A stretch of 43,247 bases of DNA from Parcubacteria bacterium OLB19 (GTDB lineage Bacteria; Patescibacteriota; Minisyncoccia; Phycocordibacterales; UBA918), in contig JZEL01000014.1 of the NCBI GenBank assembly GCA_001567365.1, positions 1 to 43,247 of the forward strand, in the 5' to 3' direction. The notes under the pieces are model-generated. The model saw only the letters and a program-made list of their open reading frames with translations, was not told the DNA's origin and did not search any database. Shown piece after piece: positions 9,099 through 21,450 of the stretch. The position numbers were made by a program, and so were the translations under genes. Position 1 is the first letter of the stretch. Every line of letters begins with the position of its first letter.

Positions 9099-10370
9099 AT
9101 GCAAAAATTTTTCCGCAAACTTACTTTAGTTTTCACCGAACCAGCAATTAGAAATAGAGTTCTATTCATTCTTGGTGCTTTAGTCGTTTTTAGAATGTTA
9201 GCTTCTATTCCAATTCCAGGAGTAGATCAGGCGGTGTTACAACAATTCTTCGCTAATAACCAATTCTTAGGATTGTTGAATATCTTTTCTGGTGGTGGTT
9301 TAGCTAATCTGTCTATAGTAATGCTTGGTGTAGGGCCGTTTATTACGGCAGCCATCATCATGCAACTTATGACAGTGATGTCAGCACGAGTGAAGAGTCT
9401 ATACAATGAAGAGGGTGAGGCCGGCCGAGCTAAATTTACACAATACAGTCGTCTTTTGACACTGCCATTGGCTGTTTTGCAAGGATTCGGTTTCCTAACT
9501 TTGCTTCAAAGTCAGGGTGTTATCACTGGATTATCAACTTTTGATTTTATCGTAAACGTAATCTTGGTGGTAGCAGGTTCTATGCTACTAATGTGGATCG
9601 GTGAATTAATTACTGAATATGGTATTGGTAATGGTGTGTCTATTATTATCTTCGCCGGTATTGTGGCGACATTACCATCAACTGTCAGTCAACTAGCTTT
9701 CACTTTCGATCCTTCTCAGTTACCGTTGTATATTGGTTTTGGTTTTGTGGCTCTCTTTATCATTTACGCGGTAGTGTTTATGACCGAGGCTGAGCGTCCA
9801 GTTCCAATTACTTATGCAAAACAGAGTCGGGGAGGGGTGACTTATGGTGGTAGTGATTCGTATTTACCACTTCGCCTTAATCAGGCTGGTGTGATTCCAA
9901 TTATCTTCGCTCTTTCTATCTTGCTTTTCCCACAGATGGTGTTAAATATTCTTTCCGCCTTCAATCTATCTTGGGTGGCAGGGGCTAATGATACTGTGAC
10001 GGCAATTCTAAATAATCAATTTATTTACGGTGCCATCTACTTTATCTTGGTGTTCTTGTTTACATTCTTCTATACAGCTGTGACTTTTGATCCGGAAAAT
10101 GTGGCAAAGAATCTACAAAGAAACGGAGCTTTTATCCCAGGTATTCGTCCAGGAAACCACACTTCAGAATATCTTGGTAACTTAATCACTAGACTAACTT
10201 TGGTTGGTGCTATCTTCCTTGGTTTTGTAGCTGTGTTACCGATTGGTATGCAAATGGCTACTGGTATTGCTGCTTTGGCGATTGGTGGTACCGCCGTGTT
10301 GATTGTGGTGCAAGTGGTCTTAGATTTGATACGTAGACTTGATGCACAAGTGTCGATGCGAGAGTATTAA
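9099..10370 (+). CDS. secY: preprotein translocase SecY
   Basis: Multi-TM; GIGNGVSIIIFAGI, NQAGVIPIIFA, IPGIRPG. Confidence 0.98.
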   Translation: MQKFFRKLTLVFTEPAIRNRVLFILGALVVFRMLASIPIPGVDQAVLQQFFANNQFLGLLNIFSGGGLANLSIVMLGVGPFITAAIIMQLMTVMSARVKSLYNEEGEAGRAKFTQYSRLLTLPLAVLQGFGFLTLLQSQGVITGLSTFDFIVNVILVVAGSMLLMWIGELITEYGIGNGVSIIIFAGIVATLPSTVSQLAFTFDPSQLPLYIGFGFVALFIIYAVVFMTEAERPVPITYAKQSRGGVTYGGSDSYLPLRLNQAGVIPIIFALSILLFPQMVLNILSAFNLSWVAGANDTVTAILNNQFIYGAIYFILVFLFTFFYTAVTFDPENVAKNLQRNGAFIPGIRPGNHTSEYLGNLITRLTLVGAIFLGFVAVLPIGMQMATGIAALAIGGTAVLIVVQVVLDLIRRLDAQVSMREY

Positions 10371-10373
10371 AAT

Positions 10374-10434
10374 CGTTAAAAAATGCAAAATAAAAACCGG
10401 TTATTAACCGGTTTTTATTTTGCATTTTTTAACG
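10374..10434. repeat. 61-bp perfect palindrome (30-bp arms), probable terminator
   Basis: CGTTAAAAAATGCAAAATAAAAACCGGTTA-T-TAACCGGTTTTTATTTTGCATTTTTTAACG. Confidence 0.9.
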
Positions 10435-10507
10435 TTTATGATAGTATCCGGCTGGCACTGAAATTTTACTATTAAATCAGTAGAATCTTTAGTGGATTGT
10501 AATTTTT

Positions 10508-11281
10508 ATGGATTTTATAAATATCGCTCATGCGACCGAAGAGGTTTCTAGTCTCTCTTTGCAGTTAAACCCTTACATACTGGGTTATTTGGGTGAGCTT
10601 CCAATTACATCCACTCTCCTTACAGCTTGGCTGTCCATCATCATTCTAATTATATTAGCCCTAATTATTAGATATAAAATATCATTAATACCAAACAAAT
10701 TACAAAGCGTTGCAGAAATGCTTATTGGTGGCGCCTATGACTACACTAAAGAAATTCTTGGTACAAAAGAGCATGCTGATCGTTACTTCCCAATATTAAT
10801 CACCATTTTTATATTTGTGTTGGCTGTAAATTGGATTGGGGTACTTCCAGGGGTTGGCGCCTTTGGTTTTTATGACAGTAATGATCATCTAACCCCGTTA
10901 TTTTATCCTTCGGCAACTGATTTGAATATAACTATCGGCTTAACTATCGTGGCTTTTTTAACTATTGAAGTAGCTGGTATTGTAAGTTTGGGGTTATGGA
11001 AATATGGTAGTAAATTTATTAATTTTAAATCGCCACTAAGTTTTGCAATTGGTATTATGGAACTTATTAGTGTTTTGGCTAGATTAGTATCTTTCTCTTT
11101 CCGTCTGTTCGGTAATATTTTTGCTGGTAAAACTTTAATTTTAATAGCTATATTTTTTGTACCTTACATAGTGCCGATACCGATTTATGCTTATGAGATA
11201 TTTGTAGGTATTATCCAAGCGGGCATCTTTGCGGTTTTAACTCTTTTCTTCATCAAATTGGCTCATGAAGCACCACATTAA
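10508..11281 (+). CDS. atpB: ATP synthase Fo subunit a
   Basis: ATDLN; RLVSFSFRLFGNIFAG; IQAGIFAVLT. Confidence 0.97.
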   Translation: MDFINIAHATEEVSSLSLQLNPYILGYLGELPITSTLLTAWLSIIILIILALIIRYKISLIPNKLQSVAEMLIGGAYDYTKEILGTKEHADRYFPILITIFIFVLAVNWIGVLPGVGAFGFYDSNDHLTPLFYPSATDLNITIGLTIVAFLTIEVAGIVSLGLWKYGSKFINFKSPLSFAIGIMELISVLARLVSFSFRLFGNIFAGKTLILIAIFFVPYIVPIPIYAYEIFVGIIQAGIFAVLTLFFIKLAHEAPH

Positions 11282-11406
11282 AATTTAGTAGATAAGAACG
11301 AGCCTGCAGAATGTTGGTTCGCGTTTGTCTATTAAGAACGAAATGTAAATTAGTCGAAATGACTGAAAATTCTACAATTTTTATTCAATTTAAAATAATC
11401 AAATAA

Positions 11407-11679
<273 letters not shown>

Positions 11680-11716
11680 TTATTCAATTTAATCGCCTTT
11701 AATTAATCTAATTTCT

Positions 11717-12163
11717 ATGGAGCAAATGATCGAAGCTTTTGGTATCGACACCCGTCTGATTTTTGTACAAATCTTGAATTTTGGTTTGTTGGTTTTAGTG
11801 CTTACTTATCTACTCTACAAACCAATTTTGAATATCCTAAACGAAAGACAAGAAAAAATCTTGAAGGGTATAAATGATGCTAAAGAGGCGGAAATGATAA
11901 GGCGACAAGTAGAAGAGGACAGAAATAGAATTATTGGTGAAGCGAATAAAGAAGCAGGAATAATAGTGTTGCGAGCCAAAGACCATGCTAAGGAGAAAGC
12001 CGAACGTATTATTGATGAGGCTGGGATTCAGGTCGAGAAGATGCTTAGTGAGGCACTTATTCATGGGGATGAATTAAAGGCTAAAGCTCTACGCGAAGCG
12101 GAAGCAGAAATTAGTAAATTGGCTATTTTAATGGCAGAAAAAATTCTAAAAGAAAGAGGCTAA
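11717..12163 (+). CDS. atpF: ATP synthase Fo subunit b
   Basis: QILNF...YKPILNILNERQEKI followed by coiled coil. Confidence 0.95.
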   Translation: MEQMIEAFGIDTRLIFVQILNFGLLVLVLTYLLYKPILNILNERQEKILKGINDAKEAEMIRRQVEEDRNRIIGEANKEAGIIVLRAKDHAKEKAERIIDEAGIQVEKMLSEALIHGDELKAKALREAEAEISKLAILMAEKILKERG

Positions 12164-12167
12164 TAAT

Positions 12168-12557
12168 ATGAAAAGAGATTATGTGTTAGCCTTTTTGGCA
12201 TTGATAGAGGATGAAATACCGATAGAGACAGCCTTGTTGGGTTTGAAGATTGTTTTAAAGAAAAGACGACACCAAAAATTATTATTACCAATATTACGTC
12301 AAGTTTTGCTTATTTTGGGTACAAAAAAGGGGGCTGATGAAGCACAGGTAATAATGGTAGATAAAAACACCAGCGATAATCTAGCTAAAGAAATAAAATC
12401 AGCTCTGTTGAAGCTAGGAGTTCATGAAGATACTACAATTAAAGAGAAGTTTGATCAGACTCTGATCGGTGGCTTTGTGGCAACATATAATTATCGAGAG
12501 TATGACTACAGTTATAAGCGAATCTTAAAATCATTACACGAGTCCATTACCGTCTAA
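12168..12557 (+). CDS. atpH: ATP synthase F1 delta subunit, short form
   Basis: Operon position; DQTLIGGF...DYSYK C-terminal motif. Confidence 0.85.
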   Translation: MKRDYVLAFLALIEDEIPIETALLGLKIVLKKRRHQKLLLPILRQVLLILGTKKGADEAQVIMVDKNTSDNLAKEIKSALLKLGVHEDTTIKEKFDQTLIGGFVATYNYREYDYSYKRILKSLHESITV

Positions 12558-12573
12558 ATTTAAAAGCAAGTAT

Positions 12574-14139
12574 ATGAGAAAAGCAATTATCGAAAAAATT
12601 AAGAATGAAATTGAATCCCTGAATGGGGAAGTGAATATCACTGAACTTGGCGTTGTGTCATCTGTTGGTGATGGGGTGGCGGTGGTTGATGGTTTGAATA
12701 CTGCTCAGATGATGGAAATGGTTATTTTTTCTCCTGATGCTGGAGTGTTGCTACAAGATCTTTTAAATTCAGACAAAGCGCTTTATGGATTGGTGTTGAA
12801 TCTAGAGGAAGATTCGGTAAAAATTATGATTTTAGGTAACACTGTTAGTGTCTACGAAGGTATGAGAGTCTATCGTACTAATAAGTTACTTTCTGTATCA
12901 GTTAGTGAGGAAATGTTGGGAAGGGTTGTAGACCCATTAGGAGTAGTAATCGATGGTAAGGGTAAGGTGACCGGAAAAAAAGACATGCTAATTGAGCGTG
13001 TCGCTTACGGTGTGATGGATCGTTCTAGTGTTAATGAACCAATCCATACTGGCATAAAAGCGATTGATTCAATGATTCCAATCGGTCGTGGTCAACGAGA
13101 ATTGATTATTGGTGATAGACAAACAGGAAAAACCACAGTTGCAATTGATACTATAATAAATCAAAAATACGAACCTAAAGAGAAAAGACCTCTATGTATC
13201 TATGTGGCAATCGGACAAAAACGTTCAAAAACAGCTAGTCTAGTGGCTAAGCTAAAAGAAGCAGGAGCTATGGAATACACTATTGTGGTTGCTACTTCAG
13301 CTTCAGATCCATCACCACTTTTGTTTCTAGCTCCTTTTACAGGGGTGGCAATTGGTGAATATTTTATGGAACAAGGTAAGGATGTTTTGGTGGTGTTTGA
13401 TGACTTGTCAAAACACGCCAATGCTTATCGTCAAATGTCTTTACTTCTTCGTCGTCCACCAGGACGAGAAGCTTATCCTGGAGATATTTTTTATCTACAT
13501 TCTCGTTTGTTGGAGCGTTCAGCTAAATTATCTAAAGAATTAGGTGGAGGATCAATCACTGCTTTACCAATTATTGAAACTCAAGAAGGTGATGTGTCAG
13601 CTTATATTCCAACCAATGTAATATCTATTACTGATGGACAGATATTTCTTGAAACTGATCTCTTCAATAAAGGTATTAGGCCAGCGCTTAATGTGGGTAT
13701 TTCTGTCTCTCGAGTGGGATCAGCAGCACAAACCAAAGCTATGAAAAAAGTAGCGGGTAAGATACGTCTTGAACTAGCTCAGTTTCGTGAACTCGAAGCT
13801 TTTATGCAATTTGCTTCAGACTTGGATGAAGATACTAGGATTCGCTTGGAGTCTGGCAGACGTTATGTGGAGTTATTAAAACAACCACAAAATAATCCTA
13901 TGCCATTTTATAAGCAAGTGGTTTCTATTTATGCAGCCAATAATGGTATGTATAAAAATGTTCCTGTTGCTTCAGTTAGGCAGATTGAAGATGAATTTTT
14001 GGCTTTTATTGAAAGAGACAGAAATGATATTTATGAAGATATCGAAAGCGGTCGTGAATTATTTGATGAGGTATTGGAAAAGTTAAATCAAGCTATTGAA
14101 GATTTTAAAAATACTTTAAATGTAGATAATAAATTTTAA
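12574..14139 (+). CDS. atpA: ATP synthase F1 alpha subunit
   Basis: [17 protein letters not shown]; [10 protein letters not shown]. Confidence 0.99.
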   Translation: MRKAIIEKIKNEIESLNGEVNITELGVVSSVGDGVAVVDGLNTAQMMEMVIFSPDAGVLLQDLLNSDKALYGLVLNLEEDSVKIMILGNTVSVYEGMRVYRTNKLLSVSVSEEMLGRVVDPLGVVIDGKGKVTGKKDMLIERVAYGVMDRSSVNEPIHTGIKAIDSMIPIGRGQRELIIGDRQTGKTTVAIDTIINQKYEPKEKRPLCIYVAIGQKRSKTASLVAKLKEAGAMEYTIVVATSASDPSPLLFLAPFTGVAIGEYFMEQGKDVLVVFDDLSKHANAYRQMSLLLRRPPGREAYPGDIFYLHSRLLERSAKLSKELGGGSITALPIIETQEGDVSAYIPTNVISITDGQIFLETDLFNKGIRPALNVGISVSRVGSAAQTKAMKKVAGKIRLELAQFRELEAFMQFASDLDEDTRIRLESGRRYVELLKQPQNNPMPFYKQVVSIYAANNGMYKNVPVASVRQIEDEFLAFIERDRNDIYEDIESGRELFDEVLEKLNQAIEDFKNTLNVDNKF

Positions 14140-14149
14140 GTGTTAACTT

Positions 14150-16461
<2,312 letters not shown>

Positions 16462-16464
16462 TTT

Positions 16465-16713
16465 ATGGAAAAAAAGTTATTTAAACTCACAGTCGCAAGG
16501 GTAGATCAGTCTATTTTTGTTGGCGAAGTAGTCTCTGCTTTATTGCCTGCAGTTGATGGACCAATGCAACTTTTGGCTAATCATCAAGCCTTAATTTCAC
16601 CTCTTAAAAAGGGGGTAATAAAAATAGAAAAAGAAGGAGGGGTAATAGAAAATATAGAAATAAACAATGGTACTTTAGAGTTTAGTCACAATAACGCCAT
16701 TGTCCTAATTTAA
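16465..16713 (+). CDS. atpC: ATP synthase F1 epsilon subunit, N-terminal domain only
   Basis: LPAVDGPMQLLANHQALIS; 82 aa with no C-terminal helices. Confidence 0.85.
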   Translation: MEKKLFKLTVARVDQSIFVGEVVSALLPAVDGPMQLLANHQALISPLKKGVIKIEKEGGVIENIEINNGTLEFSHNNAIVLI

Positions 16714-16737
16714 AAAACTGCCAAATGGCAGTTTTTT
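16712..16737. terminator. bidirectional terminator
   Basis: AAAAAACTGCCA-AA-TGGCAGTTTTTT between convergent atpC and cmk. Confidence 0.75.
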
Positions 16738-17369
16738 TAATACTGATTTTTAAAGGAATACCCAAGAGGGATAGAGCTCCTTACTTGTTTCCAAGTATCA
16801 GTTTTAAGCCATTGACGATAATGGTCGTAGACGGTTAAAGCAACGGTTTGAGGGGTGTGTCTTGAAGTATCGATGACTAAGTCAAAATGTTCAATATTGT
16901 AAGGGTCGACATTGTACATCTCTTTAAAGCGCCGTCTTTCGTTCTCCATACGTTCACGTACTTGCTTGCTGACAGCATCAAGTGAGCTAGCAACTTCACC
17001 ACTTTTCGTGCGCATATTATTACCAACCGCATCCTTGAAAATACGTACCGTAGCCACTTGCATGTCGAGATCCAAATAAACTTTAAATGATTCCGGTAGC
17101 CAATAAAAGCCAAGTCTAGAGTCAATAATGATATCCTTTTTGTTGCGTAAGCTCCGCAAATACTCATCAACTTTAGTATCGAGGGCATGATCGTCGTTGG
17201 CTTTCTCATTATATTCCGCTAAGGTCATACCTTCACGGGCAAGAATATTTCTTACCATATCGCCTGATGAGTATCTGGTGTAACCTAACAATTCCGCTAC
17301 CTTATCCGCCGTTGATGATTTTCCGCTACCGGGCTTACCAGAAATGGTGATGATATGTTTTCTTTCCAT
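16737..17369 (-). CDS. cmk: cytidylate kinase-like P-loop kinase (archaeal-type Cmk)
   Basis: ITISGKPGSGKS; SSGDMVR; IIDSRLG; DLVIDTS. Confidence 0.75.
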   Translation of the reverse strand: MERKHIITISGKPGSGKSSTADKVAELLGYTRYSSGDMVRNILAREGMTLAEYNEKANDDHALDTKVDEYLRSLRNKKDIIIDSRLGFYWLPESFKVYLDLDMQVATVRIFKDAVGNNMRTKSGEVASSLDAVSKQVRERMENERRRFKEMYNVDPYNIEHFDLVIDTSRHTPQTVALTVYDHYRQWLKTDTWKQVRSSIPLGYSFKNQY

Positions 17370-17432
17370 GACAGTAGCATATCATAAAATCAGTTGCGAA
17401 TGAGGCTAAAAAACTGGTACTCTCGGTGGGTC

Positions 17433-18029
17433 ATGCTAGACAATATCAAAGGCCATGTTCTCATTGTTATGGCGCCAATGGGAAGCGGAAAAGGAACTCT
17501 AATCAGAGAGGCTTTAACAGTTTTTCCTGATTTGTATGAGACAGTTTCCTGTACTACTAGGGAGCCACGTCCGGGTGAGATAAATGGTAAAGATTACTAC
17601 TTTATCAATGAAGAAGAATTCACTAAAAAAGTAGAAGGTGGTGAGTTCTTGGAGTGGGCAATTTTTGGTAAAAACCGCTACGGTACTCTAAAGAGTGAAA
17701 TTATCGCTCGTCTTGAGGAGGGTAAAATTGTTATTGCTGAAATTGATGTGCAGGGGGTGGAACAGTTACATAGACTGATTCCTAAAGAGCATATTACAAC
17801 AGTATTTATTGATGCTGGTGGTTGGGAGGTTCTTAGGGCGCGCGCCCTTCTGCGCGCGCCAATGAGCGAAGAGGAGTTGTCTGCTCGTTATGAACGATAT
17901 CTGGTAGAGGTTGCTTCAAAAGATATTGCTGATATTATAATCGATAATTCGGCCAATGATTTCACTCCTGCCAAAAACGAATTTTGTCGTTTGATTGAGT
18001 CTTTAAAGAACCGAGTTTACACAGAGTAA
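17433..18029 (+). CDS. gmk: guanylate kinase
   Basis: APMGSGKGT; VSCTTREPRPGEINGKDYYF; EIDVQG; probable start ATG 17433. Confidence 0.93.
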   Translation: MLDNIKGHVLIVMAPMGSGKGTLIREALTVFPDLYETVSCTTREPRPGEINGKDYYFINEEEFTKKVEGGEFLEWAIFGKNRYGTLKSEIIARLEEGKIVIAEIDVQGVEQLHRLIPKEHITTVFIDAGGWEVLRARALLRAPMSEEELSARYERYLVEVASKDIADIIIDNSANDFTPAKNEFCRLIESLKNRVYTE

Positions 18030-18044
18030 TTTTAATATTTTTTT

Positions 18045-18641
18045 ATGGAAGCATTAACCGTTATTTTTATTGGTCCGCAAGGTAGTGGCAAGGGGACGCA
18101 AATTGATAAAGTAAGATCTATCATTTCACAGCTTGATAATGAAAGAAAATTACTAGAAATCCAAACTGGTCGCTTGTTTCGCGCCATGACGGCTAGAGCT
18201 GACACTTTCGCTAAAAGCAAAGTCACAAATACTTTGTCTCAGGGTATTTTGCAACCGGATTTTCTAACTTTTGTTTTGTGGGGTCAAGAAATGTTAAATG
18301 AACTTGATCCGAGTAGTCATTTATTGATTGACGGATTTCCACGTACTGTATCGCAAGCTCAGGTTCTCGATGGCGCTTTTACTTTCTTTGAACGTTCACT
18401 TATTCAGGTGATAAATCTCGATACACCAGAAGAGATTGTGCGAGAGAGAATGTTGGGAAGAGCCCGGGCTGATGATACTCCAGAATCAATTGAGAATCGC
18501 TTACGTTGGTATCGCGAAGATACTTTGCCCGTCCTAGAATATTATCGACAAAAGGATAATGTATTAGTTCACGATATTGATGGTAGTAGTTCTATAGAGT
18601 CTGTCCATGAGCAGATTTTGACTGCCCTCAAGCTAAAATAA
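18045..18641 (+). CDS. adk: adenylate kinase, short LID
   Basis: GPQGSGKGTQ; IDGFPRT; RADDT; directly upstream of map. Confidence 0.88.
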   Translation: MEALTVIFIGPQGSGKGTQIDKVRSIISQLDNERKLLEIQTGRLFRAMTARADTFAKSKVTNTLSQGILQPDFLTFVLWGQEMLNELDPSSHLLIDGFPRTVSQAQVLDGAFTFFERSLIQVINLDTPEEIVRERMLGRARADDTPESIENRLRWYREDTLPVLEYYRQKDNVLVHDIDGSSSIESVHEQILTALKLK

Positions 18642-18647
18642 AAATAT

Positions 18648-19418
18648 ATGATCACCAAAAAAACACCAGAAGAAATTGAGATTCTGAAAGAAGCTGGAGC
18701 TATTCTGGCTAAGTGTCTTAAAGAATTAGCAAAAGAAGCGGTGGCTGGTAATACTACTCTCGATATTGATGATCGAGCCATGGAATTGGTAGAGGAGTAT
18801 GATGTTGAGCCAGTCTTACTTGGTTACCATCCGAGTTTTGCTGATTATCCTTACCCAGCCGCGGTTTGTGTGTCGGTAAATAATTGTGTTCAGCACGGTA
18901 TTCCTAGTGAAAAGGTAATCTTAAAGGAGGGAGATGTGGTTAATATCGACATGTCTATAGGTTATAAAGGTATGATCGTGGATTCTGGGATTACGGTTGG
19001 CGTAGGGGAGATATCAGCTGATGCTAAAAAATTATTAAACGTTACACAAGAAGCTTTGGCTCACGGTATTAAAATGGCTAAGGCCGGCAATAGGATTGGC
19101 GACATAAGTCACGCTATTCAGGAATTTGTGGAAGCACGAGGTTTGTCGGTGGTGGAGGTGCTTTGTGGTCATGGGGTAGGTTATAAAGTACATGAAGAGC
19201 CAACCATTCCAAACTTTGGTAAAGCTGGTACTGGTCCCAAGATTGAAGTGGGTCATGTTTACGCCATCGAGCCAATTGTAAATTTTGGTAAGAAAGATGT
19301 GTATTTTGATGATGATGGTGATGGCTATAGTGTTTATACTACCGACGGCTCAATTTCAGCTCATTTTGAGCATACGGTAGCTATTACTGAAAACGGCCCA
19401 GTGATTTTGACGAGGTAA
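18648..19418 (+). CDS. map: methionine aminopeptidase type I
   Basis: SVNNCVQHGIP; GHGVG..VHEEP; AIEP; SAHFEHT. Confidence 0.97.
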   Translation: MITKKTPEEIEILKEAGAILAKCLKELAKEAVAGNTTLDIDDRAMELVEEYDVEPVLLGYHPSFADYPYPAAVCVSVNNCVQHGIPSEKVILKEGDVVNIDMSIGYKGMIVDSGITVGVGEISADAKKLLNVTQEALAHGIKMAKAGNRIGDISHAIQEFVEARGLSVVEVLCGHGVGYKVHEEPTIPNFGKAGTGPKIEVGHVYAIEPIVNFGKKDVYFDDDGDGYSVYTTDGSISAHFEHTVAITENGPVILTR

Positions 19419-19460
19419 TTAATTTTCCTTTATCAATTTTAAGCGTATTGAATAATCACT

Positions 19461-19820
19461 ATGAGTGAAGATATTAAACCTATTGTTTCAAAAGAAGATA
19501 CCTTTGATAAGTTAGAAATAAGAGTGGGACGAATAATTTCTGTAACACCTGCACCAGATGCTCCAAAACCAGCTTATGTTATTAAAGCAGATTTTGGTAA
19601 GTTTGGTATAAAAACTTCGGTAGGGCGTTTCACTCAACATTCAGAAGAAGATCTTAAGGGTAAGTTTGTTCTTGGGGTTTTAAATTTTGATTCAAAACAG
19701 ATCGGTTCTGTAATTTCAGAATTTCTTTGTTTAGGTGTCCAGTATCCTAAAGCTGATAGTGGCGAAGCTACAATTATCACACCATTAGTTGAGGTTAAAA
19801 TTGGTGGAAAATTATTTTAA
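19461..19820 (+). CDS. tRNA-binding OB-fold protein (CsaA/Trbp111-like)
   Basis: FDKLEIRVGRI...KPAY...VLNF..KQIG..ISEFLCLG. Confidence 0.85.
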   Translation: MSEDIKPIVSKEDTFDKLEIRVGRIISVTPAPDAPKPAYVIKADFGKFGIKTSVGRFTQHSEEDLKGKFVLGVLNFDSKQIGSVISEFLCLGVQYPKADSGEATIITPLVEVKIGGKLF

Positions 19821-19863
19821 GTAACAACAATTGTTTATTGTTTAGTTTATTAAAAAAGCTTTT

Positions 19864-20565
19864 TTAAAATAATTGGTCTCTTAATTCTGATATTGAAACT
19901 TCACCTTTTTGCAAAGTTTGATCAGATTTTAATTTAGATTTTACCGCTACTCTATAACCGTATTTGGGCCCTTGAATTATAGGATTATTAGTTTCACCTG
20001 CTAAATGAAAGTAAGGCATAATAATTTTGCCTTTAGGTGATAAATACTTTCTTGCCTCAATTAAGAATCTTTTAAGTAGAAGTCCCTCATCTAACATTGC
20101 TGATGAGATTGGATTTGATTCTAATGGTTTACTAGGGAAAAATGGATGGTTGAAAATAATAACATCCGCTTTAATGCCTATATTTTGAAATAAATCGCTT
20201 TTTAACACTACCGTTTTATTTTGAAGATTAAATTTATAGATGTTTTCTTTGGTGTTTGCTAGTGCATACTCTGATGTGTCAGATAAAATTATTTTCTTTG
20301 CTCCCGATAATCCAGCAACAATACCTTGTATACCGCTCCCGCAACCAATATCAATAACTATTTTATTTGCAAGACCATTATTAATAAATATAAATTTAGC
20401 CAGATTTAAGGCTACCATTTTTTCTGGTCGGAGAACATTTTTGTAAACAACAAAATTATTTAGAGTCAGATTATCACTCAGATTAATATTAACTTCATAT
20501 CTGTCGTGTTTATGCTCAGCTAATTGTTTCTCAAGCTGTATTTGTTGGACTTTGTTTAGTGCCAT
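19864..20565 (-). CDS. class I SAM-dependent methyltransferase (HemK/PrmC-like)
   Basis: Motif I DIGCGSG; SDLF; motif IV variant NHPF. Confidence 0.85.
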   Translation of the reverse strand: MALNKVQQIQLEKQLAEHKHDRYEVNINLSDNLTLNNFVVYKNVLRPEKMVALNLAKFIFINNGLANKIVIDIGCGSGIQGIVAGLSGAKKIILSDTSEYALANTKENIYKFNLQNKTVVLKSDLFQNIGIKADVIIFNHPFFPSKPLESNPISSAMLDEGLLLKRFLIEARKYLSPKGKIIMPYFHLAGETNNPIIQGPKYGYRVAVKSKLKSDQTLQKGEVSISELRDQLF

Positions 20566-20573
20566 ATTTTTAA

Positions 20574-20607
20574 AAAAGACCGAAAGCTTATCAGATTCCG
20601 GTCTTTT
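20574..20607 (-). terminator. terminator-like hairpin between the unknown gene and the methyltransferase
   Basis: Minus strand AAAAGACCGGAA...TTTCGGTCTTTTTT, ending a few nt before the MTase ATG. Confidence 0.5.
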
Positions 20608-20619
20608 ATTTTTGTAATT

Positions 20620-21306
20620 TTAAATATAAGTGATAGAGTCGACCACTTCCGGTAATTCATTTTCAGACATATTAAAGAGCTCATGTTTTAAAGCAACTTC
20701 CTCTTTGATAGTACATCTTTTTACACCGCCGATATTATTTAGATATTTTACGATTTCACTAAATAAAGGTTTAATTAACCGACGTCTACCTTGGCAAGTT
20801 AGAATTATTGCCCTGTGATCTGATTTTTGTAACAGTGCCCCATAAAGTCCAGCTTCTAGTAGGGCAGTTATTACTTTATGTTCAGAATTATCAAAATCCA
20901 TTACCAAATGAAATTCTGTCTCACGAAATCCCTCACCCTTTTCTGGATCAATTTTTCTTCTTTTGATGGTAAAGGGCGGTGGAAAAAACCTACTCATCTC
21001 CTTAAAGGGGATAGGTTGGTCTGTCGGAATATATTCTCCCTCTAGATAACCCACTACACCATTTTCTTGTCTAATTAGTTTTATTACTCTTTCCCATACT
21101 TCTTCAAATTCAAGTTTTGATTCAAGTTTAATTGTGCTGTGTGAGGTTGGCTCAAAGTGAGGATAACCCTCTGGATGGCCAGAAAAATTATGTGAAAAGA
21201 AACCTAATTCCTCATGTATTTTCTGATGTAATTCGGCAGAAGTGGTCTGCGTATCGAGATGTACGTGATAAATTCCCGTTTTTGTAGATTCTGTTTCAGT
21301 GTTCAT
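20620..21306 (-). CDS. uncharacterised protein with HxH and ExEFH motifs, possibly metal-binding
   Basis: AAGGAG RBS supports ATG 21306 (MNTETES); YHVHLD, YLEGE, ETEFHL, IKEE motifs. Confidence 0.7.
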   Translation of the reverse strand: MNTETESTKTGIYHVHLDTQTTSAELHQKIHEELGFFSHNFSGHPEGYPHFEPTSHSTIKLESKLEFEEVWERVIKLIRQENGVVGYLEGEYIPTDQPIPFKEMSRFFPPPFTIKRRKIDPEKGEGFRETEFHLVMDFDNSEHKVITALLEAGLYGALLQKSDHRAIILTCQGRRRLIKPLFSEIVKYLNNIGGVKRCTIKEEVALKHELFNMSENELPEVVDSITYI

Positions 21307-21359
21307 TTTTTCTCCTTTATTGTGTACAGTTTCCAGAGTATAGTTAATCATTTTTTAAA

Positions 21360-21450
21360 AAAATGTCATTTTTGTCATAATTTAGTAAAATAATTTACTT
21401 TTTATCCTTATTTATGTTACCATTTATGGTGTCAATTAAAATGACATTTT
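21360..21450. promoter_or_regulatory. candidate TrmB operator sites in the divergent intergenic region
   Basis: 13-bp inverted repeat AAAATGTCATTTT (21360-21372) / AAAATGACATTTT (21438-21450); TGTCA-N7-TGACA palindrome at 21430-21446. Confidence 0.5.
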
